Positions 13,346-28,771 of a stretch of DNA of 64,000 nt are shown here, piece by piece (positions within the stretch are counted from its first letter, which is position 1; each line of letters opens with the position of its first letter). This DNA comes from Adineta vaga (lineage: Eukaryota; Animalia; Rotifera). The DNA is taken from the NCBI GenBank assembly GCA_021613535.1, contig CP075492.1, positions 16,988,001 to 17,052,000 of the forward strand, in the 5' to 3' direction. The translations under genes were made by a program, and so were the position numbers. The notes beneath the pieces are model-generated. The model saw nothing but the letters and a program-made list of their open reading frames with translations, was not told where the DNA came from and ran no database searches.

Positions 13346-14329
13346 CTAGTTCTCAGTAACAGCAAACAGAGTTCCTCGACGATAACGCCAGAAATGAAAC
13401 AAGATTTCAAATGCTTTTTGACGAAAAGATTTCGATAAAATCAAATATATGTAGAAATTTATACTTTTTGGTATAAAACGAATTATGAGAGGAAAACTTG
13501 ATAAAAAGTATTGAATTGCTTGTAAATCATTCGATTTCACTTGATATTGAGTAGCTTCTCGATAGATTCCGAAACTATTTATTATTATAGCCATAGGAGC
13601 ATATCCAATAATTTCAACTAGAAGAATAATAAGTAATTGACGATCTTTTGAACGACGAGCATTGTTTACATTAGGAGCAGCATTGAGTGGTTGAACACGC
13701 GATTGACGAAGATTTCTTATTGTAATTGTACCAGTAACAATCAAAAGAACTGATGGAATGAATCCATCGAATAAAACGGTAAAGATATAACTAATAACTC
13801 TAGAACTATCTGGAGGAAGATAACATAAACGATAGTTCGGCAAGAGTTCATAAATATTAACAATTATAAGATAAAAATAAAATAATATGAAAAAGAGAGT
13901 TACTCCAAAAATAGATCGATAAGCGAATTGATGAGTACTACGTTGTCGTATCGATGTTCTCGCGGATGTGATTAAAGCTCGATCAATCGAAGCTAATACC
14001 AAATAATATGGTGTAATTAAACCAGCTACTATTCTAAGATAAAAAGAAATTTTGCAATAAACAACATTATAAGATGAGGGATCAATTTTGACAGATGATA
14101 AAATTGCAGTGAATAAACCAAGGTACAATGTTAATCCATTGACGATATAATATGCAATATAATAAATACAACCAGCGTTTTGTCTCATTGTTTTGTGACT
14201 AAAAACGATAATACCCAAAATGCAAGCTATAGTGCCAACAAACATCATAACGTTGCCCGCGATGATAAATGAATAATAATTAATTTTCATAAACAAATTA
14301 TTCAAACTATTACCACTGTTAGATGCCAT
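13346..14329 (-). CDS. Class A (rhodopsin-like) orphan GPCR
   Basis: Seven hydrophobic segments, YCKI, LASIDR (DRY variant), INFYIY..SKSFR. Confidence 0.9.
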   Translation of the reverse strand: MASNSGNSLNNLFMKINYYSFIIAGNVMMFVGTIACILGIIVFSHKTMRQNAGCIYYIAYYIVNGLTLYLGLFTAILSSVKIDPSSYNVVYCKISFYLRIVAGLITPYYLVLASIDRALITSARTSIRQRSTHQFAYRSIFGVTLFFILFYFYLIIVNIYELLPNYRLCYLPPDSSRVISYIFTVLFDGFIPSVLLIVTGTITIRNLRQSRVQPLNAAPNVNNARRSKDRQLLIILLVEIIGYAPMAIIINSFGIYREATQYQVKSNDLQAIQYFLSSFPLIIRFIPKSINFYIYLILSKSFRQKAFEILFHFWRYRRGTLFAVTEN

Positions 14330-16150
14330 TGTAATAATGAATTTTGTCGAATGATGATGTAAGAAAAATTAGTCTAGAACAAAACAAAATGTTTTCAATT
14401 AAAATAATGATTTGTAAGTACATTGTTGGCATTTGAATTAACTTAAAAGACTGAAATAATAATAATAAATCTATGATCTACACAAGGATATACTTTATTT
14501 TTCAAGGACGATCCTCTACATCTTCATCTTCAGTATATTAATAATTTTATATATAAATTTAATGAAATATAAATGTGAATATGCACGTTCTTCTTTTGAT
14601 ATTTAATTAATATGTCATGATAAATTAAAAAATATCGGCAGTGTTTGTTGTCATTATAACTTTCCAGTTCTATTACTATATATTTTAAATTAATGAGACT
14701 AATACATCGAACATTAAATAGAGAAAAAAAAACAGTTTTCCTATCCTTTTATCATTTGAATTATTCATTATTAAGAATCTATTGAAAAACGTTGAATTTA
14801 TGTTACTATTAGTTTATTGATAATAATCTTGAAAAGTAGAATATCTGACAAGAGCATATTTTGAATGAATACAAACCTTGATCGTCGTGTGATGAAATGA
14901 TAAAAGGCTAATCATCTATGCTAAAATGATCATTATACCCGTTGTTTCATTTTTCATGTTTCTTTTCTACGACGTCATTGCTAATGCATTCTACATTATC
15001 ACTTTTTCATATAATAGATAAGTCCTTTGCACATGAAAAAATTAATAAAATAATTTGATATATCATTTTGAATCAAATTTTAATATAACGTTTACAATAG
15101 CTGTTTTCAACCTAGCATTCTCTTTTCTCGTCAATCTTTGGACAAAAACGAGTGATAAAATAATGAACTGAGGTGAAAATTTCAGTGAAATTACAAATCG
15201 CATTGACAACCATCTTGAGGTTGGATGTGAGTTTACAAAATATTTCCACCCACCAATCCTCAAGATAACAACTATTTTAATAAATCAAATAAATATGGAA
15301 ACCGATTCGATAGTGTATGACAGATTCAACGGTTTATCTTGCAAAATTGACAGAGAAGAGTCTATTTTATTTTCCAAATGTCATTTCATTAAGAATTGAA
15401 GATGATGAGGCTCTGTGAATTAGAAAATAGTTTCATCTATAATAATCCATTCACAATGTCTTAATTGAATATTGTTAGATTTTATACTTTCAAATTGATC
15501 ATTCTATAAGAAAAACGGAAGTTTCTTTTTCACTTAAAAAAATAAAATTAACTCTAAAATTGAATTCTTGTGATTCAATTGCATCGACTAATCTTGAAGA
15601 TGTGGGTATGGATGACGTTGGTTCTCGCTTTATCTTCACCCACACCCACACCTTAGATGGTATTAAAGAGCTTTGAGAAAAACGTTTCTGTCTATTGGGT
15701 TTGCGACGCGCCAAAACTTTGTGATATTTAGAAGAAATGATCCAGTCGCATATTTAACGAAAACTTGACGTTTTATGCACAGAAGATGTACATTTGATAA
15801 TGTGAAAAATTTGCTATTTGAGTATAAAAAGTAAAGTGAACAGAGCAAATGTATTCAAACTTGTTTATTTTAAAAGAGAAATAATTTTAGTGCATTAAAA
15901 TATGTGTTTTCACGTTTCAAAACATTGTCTACTTTGATTTTCCTCTGTGTGTGTAGAAACAAAAAAAATCTCTGAATTTTATTCGTTTACTTATTCTTCG
16001 TGGTGTTCTTCGACGTAAATGTAGGATGGGTTCGGACTTTTAATTACGAAAGCCGCCAAACACGGCTAAATTTGAATTTTTTTTAAAGAAGCTAACTAGT
16101 TATTCAGTTGTTCGTCAGGTTATTGGAGACTCTTTCAATAAGGGGCCAAG

Positions 16151-16187
16151 TTCAGCCTCCCCTAGCCTAATGACTCCGTCGCCTATG
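16151..16187. mobile_element. DNA transposon terminal fragment; related inverted copy at 20808-20844
   Basis: TTCAGCCTCCCCTAGCCTAATGACTCCGTCGCCTATG resembles the reverse complement of CATAGGCGGCGGAACTACTAGGCTTGCGAAGACTGAA. Confidence 0.5.
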
Positions 16188-16667
16188 AGAGTTATTGAGA
16201 ATAGTGTGTGATTAACCATTTTAAAAGTCAAACTGGGTTCTCTCGTATTTACATTTGATTAAAAAGCTTGTTTTCATAGAAAAAAATCCGATGACAATGG
16301 GTGTCTAATAGTTTTTGTATACTTTAAATTAAATACAAAATTATATATGATATAATCATAGTATTATCAGAGAATCTTTTTACCAGAGTGATCAGTACAA
16401 AAAGTCTTACAAAACGCACGATTGAAAAGTAAGTTTGAAGATTTTGTGTTTTTGTGGTAGATTACCCACGTAACCATATAAAACATATTTCGTCTTATTA
16501 TTTTTCGCTATTAAAATTGTTGAAGAAGAAAAAGAAAGAACGAAATAATCGATTTATACATTCACTGGCTTACTCTTGGAAACAACCAAACAACTACACA
16601 TCACATTCAGCCTAAATATACGTCTTTATTTGTTTATCAAGGTTCAACAACAAATCAACCGATAGAT

Positions 16668-19600
16668 ATGGAAACTATTGACAAAAAATTCGACGATATT
16701 TCATCATATGGATGTACGAATGATGGTATACAGAATTTATTAAATAATAATCTTCAATTATCAATCGAAATTGTTACTGAATGTCTAACATGGGGTGATC
16801 AATATTTAGCCCACGAATTTGAAAACGACAAATATAGAACGGTATTATTATTAATTACAAAATTAGCATTACATTTATTATCAAATATAAAAAATTTAGA
16901 AGTTTTCGAGCGTGATCATTTATACAATATTGGATTGTTAAATATCAAAATTATGCACACTAGTTACATTTATAATAAAAAGAAATTCACTATTCTTTAT
17001 CTGCGAGAAGTAAATTCAATTATTGGTGAAAAGAAGTATATTGTTATTGATAAAGATGATTTCTATGATGCCGTTTTTCGATATAGATTTCAATCGAATA
17101 ATTTCACAGAATATCTTTTAGAACATATTCAAAATATAACAGATTCATCATTAATTCAAATTGTTTGTTTATGGTTAGATATCGTTGTTTATTATCAATA
17201 TATCGTTCAAGAAAACTTCCATGATAATTTAAAATATAGTTATTTCGATCCAAAAAAACCATCTCAGAATGTATTATTAAACAAAAATATAATGTAACAA
17301 TTAATTTAAGATTACGTGGATCATTTTTATTCTATTTAACACATATACCATATCCTCATATGGATGAGGATGAAAAACTTCCCTCGATATGTCGTCAACA
17401 CATATTTTCCAAAATGAAAGATCCCAAGAGATGGACATCAGAGACAATACGTTGTGCTATGGGAAATATCTGTCTAATAACAAAACATTACTCGAAATAT
17501 TTTCAAGATGATGAGGAATATTATCAATGGCTATTAAGTATTATTATACGTAAAAGATTTCGGCGGGCATTAGTTTCAACATGGACAAATGATGAAACGA
17601 TTTTAATCCATACAATTATAGATTATTTTGTTGAAAATATTTATAAGAATCAAAAAATGATTGTTACACTCGGTACTGTTATCGATAAGCTTCATAAACT
17701 ATATAAAAAAGTGAAATATGAATCGACGAGAACAAAAAACAATATATGTTATTTAATTCTTGTATCGACAAATGAAACAAGTTATGTTTCTGATAAAATT
17801 ATATTAGCATGTTTTCAATATATAAAAGATCTAGATAAATCTTCACACTGGCAAGAACTCGAACAGAAACAAGTAAATGATCTTTTACAAGGATTAGAAA
17901 AAGCATGCCATTATGATTCAATTCAAGATGCAATCATTAGACTCAACATGATTGATATATTGATTAATTTAATGGAATTTTATGGTAATATTATTTGTGA
18001 TATCTTTGCACTATTATGTACAAAATCAGATGCTCAAAAAATATTACGAAACAGTTATGAATTTATTTATTATATACAATATCACGAAAGCAACATAAAT
18101 GAACATTCTTTACAAATTTTGAAACAAAACATAGATTTTTCAGATGGTACTTATAGTGAAAAGGTGTGGTTTATAGAACCCATGCGAGTAAAAGATGAAA
18201 GTGAATTTCATGAGGCGACAGTTGAAAAATGGGATGTTTTTGTTAGGTATGACATGGTACTAAGCGGTAGGAATATCGAACTCGGCACGTGTGTGAAAAA
18301 TCTTTCGAAAACAGTTCATTATAATATATTTAATTTGAATGAAGTCAATGATGAAATGGAAAAAGAAAAACATATCTTAACATGTGAATGTATGATTGCT
18401 TGTTTAACTAATGATTACAATCAACATCTATCAGAATTAATTCTTGCTTACAAAAATCAAGTAAAAATCATCCTAATCGTCATTGAAGATGATCAAAAAT
18501 ACTGTCCAGAAGAACCTTTTTTGAAATTTATTCTTGAAAAATATTCATCATCATTAATTCGTGTAAATAATAATGAATTAAATCCTTCATTAATTAATGA
18601 AATTGAACACATTCGAACGAAACATGCAAATGAATTAGCCCATTCTTTCTACACAAAGGATCCAAATGTACAATCAGTTGTAAGTGATATATTATATTTA
18701 GACGAAAAACTATTTTAGTTCTCGCTTCACTTCGAATTTTAGACATGTACTTATACTGCTAAGGATTTATATAAAGTATGCAAAGAAAATGATATTGATA
18801 AAGTAACAGAATATCTTCAGAACATCGATATTAAAGTTTTAAATGAACGTGTAGAAAACCGAAGTACATCATTACATATCGCATCTTATAATGGTCATAA
18901 TGAAATCGTTCAATTACTTATCAAAGCTGGTGCATCTCGAACTATACGTAATCGTCCATATGAGTTAACACCATATGAAGAAGCTCGAACACAAAGTACA
19001 AAAGATTTATTTCGAATTAAAATAGATGATAAAGAACAAGATCGTCTTTGTATAAGCAATGATTTTTACATTGAATGGATGACTGCTTCTCGTAATCCTC
19101 GTAAAAAACGTGATTATCTTCAGCAAAAGTTAAATTACTTACAAACATGTAAAAATCATCAGACTCAAAATGTTTATGAAAAACTCATAAAACATATGTA
19201 TGATTATATTAATACATTACCTCTACCAAGTCATAAAAAACAAATCTTACATCAGTTTTTCGAAGAAATGAAAGAAAAATGCGATCCAACTTATATTATC
19301 AGAGCATATACAAGTACAACGTTTTTTCATAAATATTACAATGCATTCATTGCTCAGCATGGCATTGATTTCTTCGATCCCTTTACTGTTGATCTTGACA
19401 CAAATTATAGGCTAGTTAAAGCTGTGTTGAAAACTATATCTATAGTTATGAATAGCAAGGAATTCAATAAATATAGATATTGTGGAAAAACATATCGTGG
19501 AGTGTTAATGACTGAAAAAGACTTATATAAATATGTGGTCAATTCGAAAATAATGAATAAATCATTTTTATCAACATCAAAATCAAAAGAAACTGCAGAA

Positions 19601-19846
19601 AGCTTTATTATCGGTTGGAAACCAGATAATTCTATAGAAGTATTGGATAATAAATCAGTTCAATATGCTGCACTTTGTACTTACATAATCAAGACTTCTG
19701 AAACTGCTTTAGATATTCAAACAATATCCGAAATAGAATCCGAAGATGAAGTCTTAATTTTACCATTTTCAATATTCAAAGTTAACCATGTTCGACGATC
19801 ATTAACGAAACCCGTTGAAATTGAATTAGAAGAAGTTCTTAATTGA
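16668..19846 (+). CDS. Multidomain protein: helical (ARM-like) region, TIR-like domain, ankyrin repeats, R-S-E ADP-ribosyltransferase; exons ~16668-17270, 17311-18679, 18743-19846
   Basis: Intron 18680-18742 joins in frame to an ankyrin repeat (TSLHIASYNGHNEIVQLLIKAGA) and an ART domain (TYRG, SFLSTS, ESEDEVLILP). TIR-like segment CMIACLTNDY..SELILAYKNQVKIILIVIE. The first junction needs a 1-nt correction in the A-run near 17252. Confidence 0.72.
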
Positions 19847-21729
19847 CGAATTACTTGAAAACTGTAATTAAACATATTCACACTTCGAAGAATATTTGTT
19901 TTATTTCTTGATGATGAGATCTTTGACAAGAAAAAATATTGATTCTAAAGAATGTTATTATTATTATAAAATCGGACATTTCAAAAGAGTTTTCGAATTC
20001 ATTCATTCGAATCATAGGATGGGTGTGCGGGTTGAGGAAGTTTTTGCGTGCAAGTTAGTGTCTCTATACACCCCACACCCCACACCCTCAGTTTCGACGA
20101 TAGTTTCGAACGCAACAAAATGAAAAAAACAGCACAGAACAGAAAAACAGAACAGTTTGTAATAATAATATATTATCCACAAGAATTGATGAAGACCGTG
20201 AAAAATTTTGTTGTGTTCTGTCGCAGATTGTGACTGGGATCCTTTTATAGTAATCTATGGAGTGGGTAAAAACACACTGTTTCTCTTTTACATAGCAACT
20301 TTAAATACCGGCAGCTGTTGAGATTCTTTTTCTTCTGTTTGAAACAACTATTCTTGGGTAAGTGCAGTTATATTACCTTGCTAGATTTTTCCATATTATA
20401 TTTGTGATAATAATATATAATAAAAATTCGGATAGATCAAGCCATAATTTTATGCAAAATATTCTGCTTTGAATTGAATTTAATGTTCTTCTTCATAGAA
20501 ATTGAAAAAAATGTTAAGAAAATCATTTGAAAAATAAAAATCTAATATTTTTTACCAAATTATTATGAACTCTATGTCTATATTATTGCTATTCCTTTTA
20601 TGTACTAACGTGAGATAAATTCTATCAAAAAATAATTCAGTAAGTCGAAATATAAGAAAACTATTATAGAGTTATATAAATATGAAATTTAAATAAACAG
20701 TTCTCTAATCTGATATTACATGTAATAAAAATACAGCAATATCAAATAAATATTATATAGTAAAAATCAGATTTTACTGTTTATAAAAACATTCACAAGA
20801 TATTAAACATAGGCGGCGGAACTACTAGGCTTGCGAAGACTGAATTTAGTTTACGTTTTTCTTCTTCAAGGCCTGATAAAATTATGGATACGAGGTATGT
20901 AGCTTTATTGAAGGAATGAGGGTGAGAGGAAACCTATACACTCAGAAGCAGAAGCACTGCTCTTATATACTATCTGTGATCACATGCATATGGTTCAAAG
21001 CATCTAGCTCATATACACATAACTCACAGATACTTTGATTCATGAGTTATCATGGCTAAAGATCAGGATAGTGAGAAACTTAACCCACTTCACTGATAAT
21101 TGCTACGGAAATTTTACGAATGCTTGTATTTATTTCAAATAATATGCCAAACAAAGAGTAACCAATAAACTTCAATGATTTACTTATTTTGCTTAGCTCA
21201 AACAGAAACGAAACAAAAAAGTGAGCGCATATTCCGATATATTGAAAAAAAAATTCCCAGTAAACAAGTTTGGAAGATTATACTGAAGTGTAGTCGTTTT
21301 ATGATAAAAAAAGCTTTCTTTTCTTGTGTCTGGATGTTTAGTTACGTACGAGAGAATAACAATTGTTATTGTTGCTAGGTAAAAGGAAAAGAAAAAACTT
21401 TGTTTAAATATTTCTAATATATTAATAGATTTTTTTCTCTTCTAAGAACATTCAGCGCATTTTATGAGTTTGCCGTATAGTAGTATATTAAAGTTCTCTT
21501 CTACTTGCAAGAATTCTATTAACTGTACTTTAAAAAACTCTGTTTTAACAGTAGATTATCGAGATTTTCTGGGAAATTCTTTAGAGTTCTAAAGTACGAA
21601 TATCACCTTTGTTTTTATGCTCTAGCTGTTGGTCTTAAATTTTTGAGTCTCTCCTAAGTTGAAAGTACTCCGCCGTGTATTATCAGGAATTCAGGTATAT
21701 CTATAGAATAGTATTCATGTATATTTCGG

Positions 21730-22230
21730 AGTGAAGATTTACATCTACACTAAACGCTAATAGATGAACAGCTAGACTTTGTATAATCACATCATATTGC
21801 AGCTTAAGAACTGAATATTGTAAGAAATCTGTATTTTAGTCTATAGTTACTATTTATTAAAATAGATTATGCATTTATACGATGATAATAATCATGAGTA
21901 TTACTTATAAATAGAAGCAGTTTTTAACTTATATACAGTCGTGATCAACATGAATATTTCAGAAAATTCGATAAAATTAGAGATACGATATAAATACTTC
22001 TAGTAATTATAAGACTTTTGTAAAGCTATCAGTAAATAAAACATATTAATCTAGATGAAAAGATTTTTCATCGCCGATCAGATACATTATTATATTCGCT
22101 ACTAATTTGAATATCAGTCGATGGTTCAATAGAATCAGTGGACTGTGCTCACAAAGTAAGAAGTTCGAATCTAACTACGAGAAATTAAATAAAAATAGAT
22201 AGCGGTATTTAATGAGTTTGACCGAGGGGT
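21730..22230. repeat. Second copy of the tRNA-motif-containing dispersed repeat
   Basis: Collinear similarity to 2420-2930. Confidence 0.6.
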
Positions 22231-22296
22231 TAGATAACCGATCTGAATCACATAGAACATGTATATTCATTTGTAGTTTTGTCGAAAGAACTAATT

Positions 22297-25200
22297 ATGG
22301 ATGATTATATAAAAGAATTTATTGAATATTTTACGGATCCTGAAACAATGTTTGAAATAACATTCGAACAATATATACAAAGTCATTCTGATTTATTGCA
22401 AAGAAACAATTTCGAAGATTTTCAGCGAATCGTTAAATCGACGTATGATAAAATCACTGAAATCGAACAAAATTCGAATGAAGATACACAAAAAGTAAAT
22501 AATAAATAATAGATTGAATTGTTTATATTCTTATATTCAAATTTTTTTCTTCAGAAATTACAATCAACTGATGTGAATTCAATTCAAAAATATAAACAAC
22601 TTCTTCAATTGATTTATAATTGTCAACATTACAATTGTGATTTTACTGATTTTTATTTTTCTATTCTTGATCAATATATCAATAATAAGAATGAACACGT
22701 TGTTAACATAGCTTTACAAGAATTAGCTTTACATATTTCTGAAGATAAAAATAATCAACGTTTTATTCAATATTACTTATCAATCCAATCAACTCTGAAA
22801 ACATCAAAATCTCATCAGTCAATATTAGATATTATTGAAAGATCTATATCAATTGATAAAACTGAAGAAACAACAATATCTGATATAGATCTCTTATATC
22901 CATATACAGCTCGTTTTATTGATGTACATCGAGAATTTCGCGATAGTATGGTATATTTTATTGATGGTGATTCACTTCTTTTATCAATTGCTTATCATAT
23001 CAATGTGGATTTAATATCTTATTATGGGAATACACTTCATACAATTTCTATTATTGAACGAATTTTACTTACACTTTACAAACAAGCAAATCGATATAAT
23101 TATAAAGTTTTATTTTTTGATTGTCATTATCAATTATATAATCAAACAAATTCAATACTTTCACTTCTTCGTCAATGTTTAATTACTCATCTTTCTAAAA
23201 ATACAAATATTAAAATTTATCAATTTTCATCATGGTTTAATAATGATGATTATTTAAAACTTACTCATGAAGAAAAACCAATGTTTATATTCTATCATGA
23301 TTTTTCAAGTTTTGATATAAATGATAATCATCTTTTATCAAAAGATGTTCTAGAAAAATTAGCTTATACTTATTATTTGTTTGGTAATTATCATCTATAT
23401 ACTATTCAATGTCATCTGTCTTTAATGAATAAATTAATTTTAACAGAAACATCTGTACAATGTTTTCAATTACGTTTTGATAAACAAATTCCTCAAGATA
23501 AAATCAAAATTCATGAAAAATTTTCAAATATTCTTAATGAAAATGGACATGAATTTGAAAATTTTTCTCAAGAAATTCATCAAAATGATGTACGACTTTG
23601 TCTCTATTTGAAAACTATTCATTCTTTAATGAAAAGAGATGAAGAAGAAAATTTATGGAAAAGAATTTGTCCATTACTTATTCTTCATGTTTCTCTTCTT
23701 ATTCGTCTTGCATTAGTTGATCGACATTTACCATCGAATTTTCCATTGATCGAATTTAGTTTATCATTTAATGAATCTATCAATAAATTTCAAAAAGAAC
23801 TTTCATTAACTATTGCATCATGTTCTTCAGGTTTATCATGGTTGAAAATATCAGATCTATTCGATGGACGTCTTTTTGCTTTTACTATTTATCAAATTCA
23901 TCAATCAACATCAAATTTACATTTTGATTCTGAAACTTGGGAAATTATGAGTAAAAGTTTAGAAATGTTCAAAATCTCATCGGATGAAAATTTATTTCAT
24001 GATCTTATAAAACAAATGATTCAATCAAATGATATTACAATTGCTTCGACATCAATCGAACAGGAAAATGAAATACGAAATAAACCGAAACTTACCAGAA
24101 TTTCAAATTCTTTCATTGATAAATATCTTGAACCAGTAATTTCGTCGAGTAATCAATATTTATTTGAATTTGTTGAACCAAATGATATGCAAACAACTCC
24201 ATATCAAGGTATGTTTTTCTTTATCTTATATTCTTTTAATTTATTTTCATTTTCTTTTAAAGGTCGACATCATTGGCACAATTACAAAGAAGTATGTTTT
24301 TCTATTCAAATATCGATTATTTTTTGTTTAAATCGTTTATAGGTTGGAGATGAAATAAGTCGAATACGAAATAGCAGTGAAGAATCCAGCAAAAATCCTC
24401 GATTTAGCGAAACAGCTAAACAAAAAAGGTAAGTTTTTGTTAGGAATTCATAGATTTTTATCGATTTTTATCGATTTTAAGGGCCAATTACTTCACTTTA
24501 TACGGTGATTCATTGATCACACCTGCTATAAAAGATACTCAACTTGAAATAATTCTACCCGATGTTCGCAACTCATTAGAAATTAACAATGAAGTTTCTT
24601 CAGTTACTACTACTGAGAAAAAGAAAATACGACGACAACAACAACAACAACAACAGAATAAGGGTCAAACAATGAGAGAGACCATTAATGAAAAAATTGA
24701 AGAAGAAAAGGAAGCGAAACTTATTGCTGAAGATCGTCGAATAATTGATCATGTGAATAAGCAATTGAAAGGAATTTCATCGGATAATTATTTTGAAATT
24801 ATTAATTGTATTAATAATAGTTTAATTTCTCTAAAAACTCCAACAAATCGTTTGAAATTACTTCAAGAAAAATTAAATATACAACATGAATATTTCAAGA
24901 AGAGAAATATCAAAAAAGAAGAATCTCTTCGAATTGATTATTATGCAACATTAATTGAAATAGTTCATCTTGAAAAAGTTCAAGATCCATTTACTGAAAT
25001 GAAAAAATATATGGAAGAAATTATTGATTATTCACCATTTGATACAGAAAAATGGTATCGATTTCAAATGGAAATAATCAATAGTCGATTACCAAGACGA
25101 AAACAAGGTTTACCCGACGAACGATTACCTGGTCTAATTCCAGATCAATGGCAAATTCGATTTCTTGATGCTATCGATCAACAACAATCGATTATTATTG

Positions 25201-28129
25201 TTGCACCAACTGCTTCAGGAAAAACTTATGCATCATATTATGCCATGCATACAATAGTTAAAGAGAATAAATATGGTACAAATGCTGTTTGTGTTTATGT
25301 TGCACCAACAAAAGCTCTTGTCAATCAAGTAGCAGGTAAATGGATATTTTCTTCTCATCTTTTGGATGATTAAAATGACAATCTATTTTATAGCAACAAT
25401 TCAATCAAAACTCGGTCCGGTATTTGGAGTTTTTACACGAGACTTTCGAGAAAATATTGATGGATGTCGTATATTACTCACTGTTCCACACTGTCTCCAA
25501 ATTCTTTTATTATCGCCACAACATCAAAAATGGTGTCAACGTATTCAATATTGTATCTTTGATGAAATTCATTGTATGTCTGGTGAAATCGGTTCAGAAA
25601 TATGGGAACGAACGATGTTACTTATCAATGCTCCGATGATTGGACTCTCAGCTACTGTTAATAATGGTGAAAATCTACAAAATTGGATCGGTGATATTGA
25701 AAAACAACGTTCTATTCTATTCAAAACATCAAAAACTCGTGAAGTTTGTTTTATTGAATACGATGAACGTTTAGCTGATTTAAATAAATATTTATACTCA
25801 AAAGGAGAATTACATTCACTTCATCCAATTGGATTAATGGATTCAAAACAATTAACAACTCGTGGTCTACCCAAAGATTTTTCTTTATCACCACGTGAAA
25901 CACTTCAGTTAAAAGATGCTTTAGATAATAAACAAATTCCAACATTAACAGAATATTTTTCACCAAATTGGATTATTGAACGAACCCAATGTAATGAATA
26001 TTCTCGTCTTATTCTCAATCAATTTCAAGATTTAATTAAAACAAATCAAAATGAAACAATTGATTCAATCACTAATACACTTAATCCTTTTCGATCCAAT
26101 GAATTTTCTTATCCAGAAGCAAAACCAATTTCATCATTAATCGTTGAATTTATGTTAACTTTAAAAGAAAAAAATCTTCTTCCATGTATTGTTTTTTCGG
26201 ATAATCGTTTATTATGTGAACAAATGGCTGAAAGTGTTGCTAATTATTTAATTAAAAGTGAACGTGATTTACGAGCTACAAAATATAAAAAACAAATAGA
26301 TGAAATTGAAAACCGTTTCGAACAAATAGAAAAACAACAACGAAAAAATAAAGCAAAAAGAACAACTGATTCTCCAAATCGGCGTCATAAAAATGATGAA
26401 GAAAACGAAGAAGATATAAAAACACAATTATCTGGACATGAACAACAATTATTAAGTGGAATTTTAAATGAATGCACATTAACAAATCAACGTAGTTATG
26501 ATCAAAGTCGAGTAGATACATTTTTAGAAAAAGCCTCAAAAGATAATCCAAAATTAGTTGAATATATGAGACGAGGTATTGCTTTTCATTATGGAAATGT
26601 TAATAATAAAGGTCGAGTAGCTGTTGAAGCACTTTTTCGTGAAAGATATGTTCAATTGATATTTTCAACATCGACACTTGGTATGTAGTCAAATTAAAAT
26701 AAATGAACAAAATAAAAACTTTCTCTATTGTAGCTATGGGTATTCATATGCCAACGAAAACCGTCGCTTTTGTTCGAGATTCTATTTATCTTGATGCATT
26801 ACAATATCGACAAACATCAGGTCGTGCTGGTCGTCGTGGTTTTGATATTCAAGGACATATTGTTTTTATTGATATTCCAATACCAAAAATTCGTCATTTA
26901 ATCGTTTCATCAATTCCAGATATTCATCCACATTTTCCTTCAAGCGTAACTTTTCTCATGCGTCTTCTTCAATTATGTTCGAATACAGAAAATAAATATA
27001 AACAAGATGCAATTCATCGATCACTTATTGCTCTTCAATGTCCTTTTATGAAACAATCAATTAATAAACAAGAATTAATTCAAATTCAATTACAATATCA
27101 TTGTTTATATACATTACATTTTCTACATCAATTGAATTTAGTTAACAATCAAGGTGATCTTGTAGGTCTGGCAGGTTTACCAACACATTTACATTATTTT
27201 GAACCATCAAATATTTTATTTGTTTATTTAATGAATAATAAACTTTTTCACAATTTAAATGATGATATCGAAATTATTAATATCCTTGCTCATCTTTTTA
27301 CCAATCTACCATGGTGAGTTCATATGGTTTCAGTTATTCTTTAAAAAACTGATTTCTCTCTTTTGATAGGCTTATCACGCATGAAAAATATGAAAAACTG
27401 TCATCAGTTCGACGTGAACAAATGTTTAATTCGAAATTATTTTTACCATCAATTTCAAATGACATTCAACAATTGATTAATTCATATAATTCATTAGTGA
27501 AAAATATTTACGGATGCTATATTCAGAATGTGATACAACAAATGCGTTTACAACATAATAATCAAGTATCAATTTTACCATTATCAAATGTTTCATTTGA
27601 TTTATCATCTGATTATGATAATGGAACATTTGAATATAATCTTCATCATCATTATTCTCAACAATCGATTCATTCATCAATATCTCCATTTGCTGGTCTA
27701 TCTGGTCTTACACATGAGAAATTTATGTTCAATTATAATTCAAGTACAAATTCATGGGACCTTGCTTACGATCTTAATTTATCACCACGGATTGTTCCTT
27801 TTATTGATATAAGTGCACATGATCATACAAATTCTGCATATTATTTAAATAGTTATGCATTAGATTTTTATAAACATGGTTCAGAACGATTATTAATTAC
27901 AGAAAATCAATTAGCATCGGGTGACGTGTATAATCTTTTATGGGACTTCTGCTTAATGATTAAATCAATCGAAACATCAATTGAAACGATTATCAAACAT
28001 GAAAATACACAAATAGCAGACAACGAAGATTTGCAGTTTTTTCAACCATTATTCGACAAATTTTCACGCATTAGACAGAACTATTTCACTAAATTCTATA
28101 AACAATATCCTGATCGAAAAGCAATTTAA
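22297..28129 (+). CDS. DDX60: DDX60-like Ski2-family DExH RNA helicase; exons 22297-22494, 22555-24208, 24263-24291, 24343-24428, 24482-25335, 25394-26680, 26734-27313, 27370-28129
   Basis: FIDGDSLL N-terminal domain, DLFDGRLF, HHWHNYK, PDQWQ, APTASGKT, APTKALVNQV, DEIHC, LSAT, MGIHMP, QTSGRAGRRG, LNSYALDFYKHG. Confidence 0.9.
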
Positions 28130-28771
28130 CTTTTTTTTGTCGTTAATAGAAATTATTTAATCAAGAATAAAAATAATGATCATAATTTGAGGGTAAGCGT
28201 GAGGATAAAGGTAAATAAGGGAAGATATTCACATCCTCATTCCCTATAGTCTCTCAAATCGATCAGCTTTATTGAATTGCAGAAAAAACCTATTTTTTCA
28301 CTGGATCTCTTTTAGAACATCCCAAAGATCTTCGTCGGATAAAATTTCAACAACAATGAATCATCAGTGTGAATATCTAGTAAATATATATATATATATG
28401 AAACACTAATTACTTAAAAGGACTTTTAATAAATGAGATGAAACTGGCTGTAGCAGATATGCAAATGAAATTTTCCCCATGAGGAAATGGAGATAAAATG
28501 TGCTTGTCAAATGAGTTCAACATATTGTTCGAATTCTCTACAAAATGATAGATTTTATGTACTATTTATGAAAAATTTCTTTATTATTTCTTTTCTCCTC
28601 TCAGCATGAATGAAATGTTCTTTCTATTGTCAACATCTTTCATTATTGCTTGATATGACAGCAAAAAGAGTTATTCTTGTTAAAGTTGATTATTTTAACC
28701 ATGACCTGCTTGTAAAAGAATTACAAAATGTTCATAAACTAATTGTCACACTTATACTTTTTGTTTAAGAA

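Noticed and set aside
16151-20844. ART fusion gene captured inside a transposon bounded by CATAGGCG repeats
   Set aside because: The two repeats face outward, so they are ends of separate elements rather than TIRs enclosing the gene.
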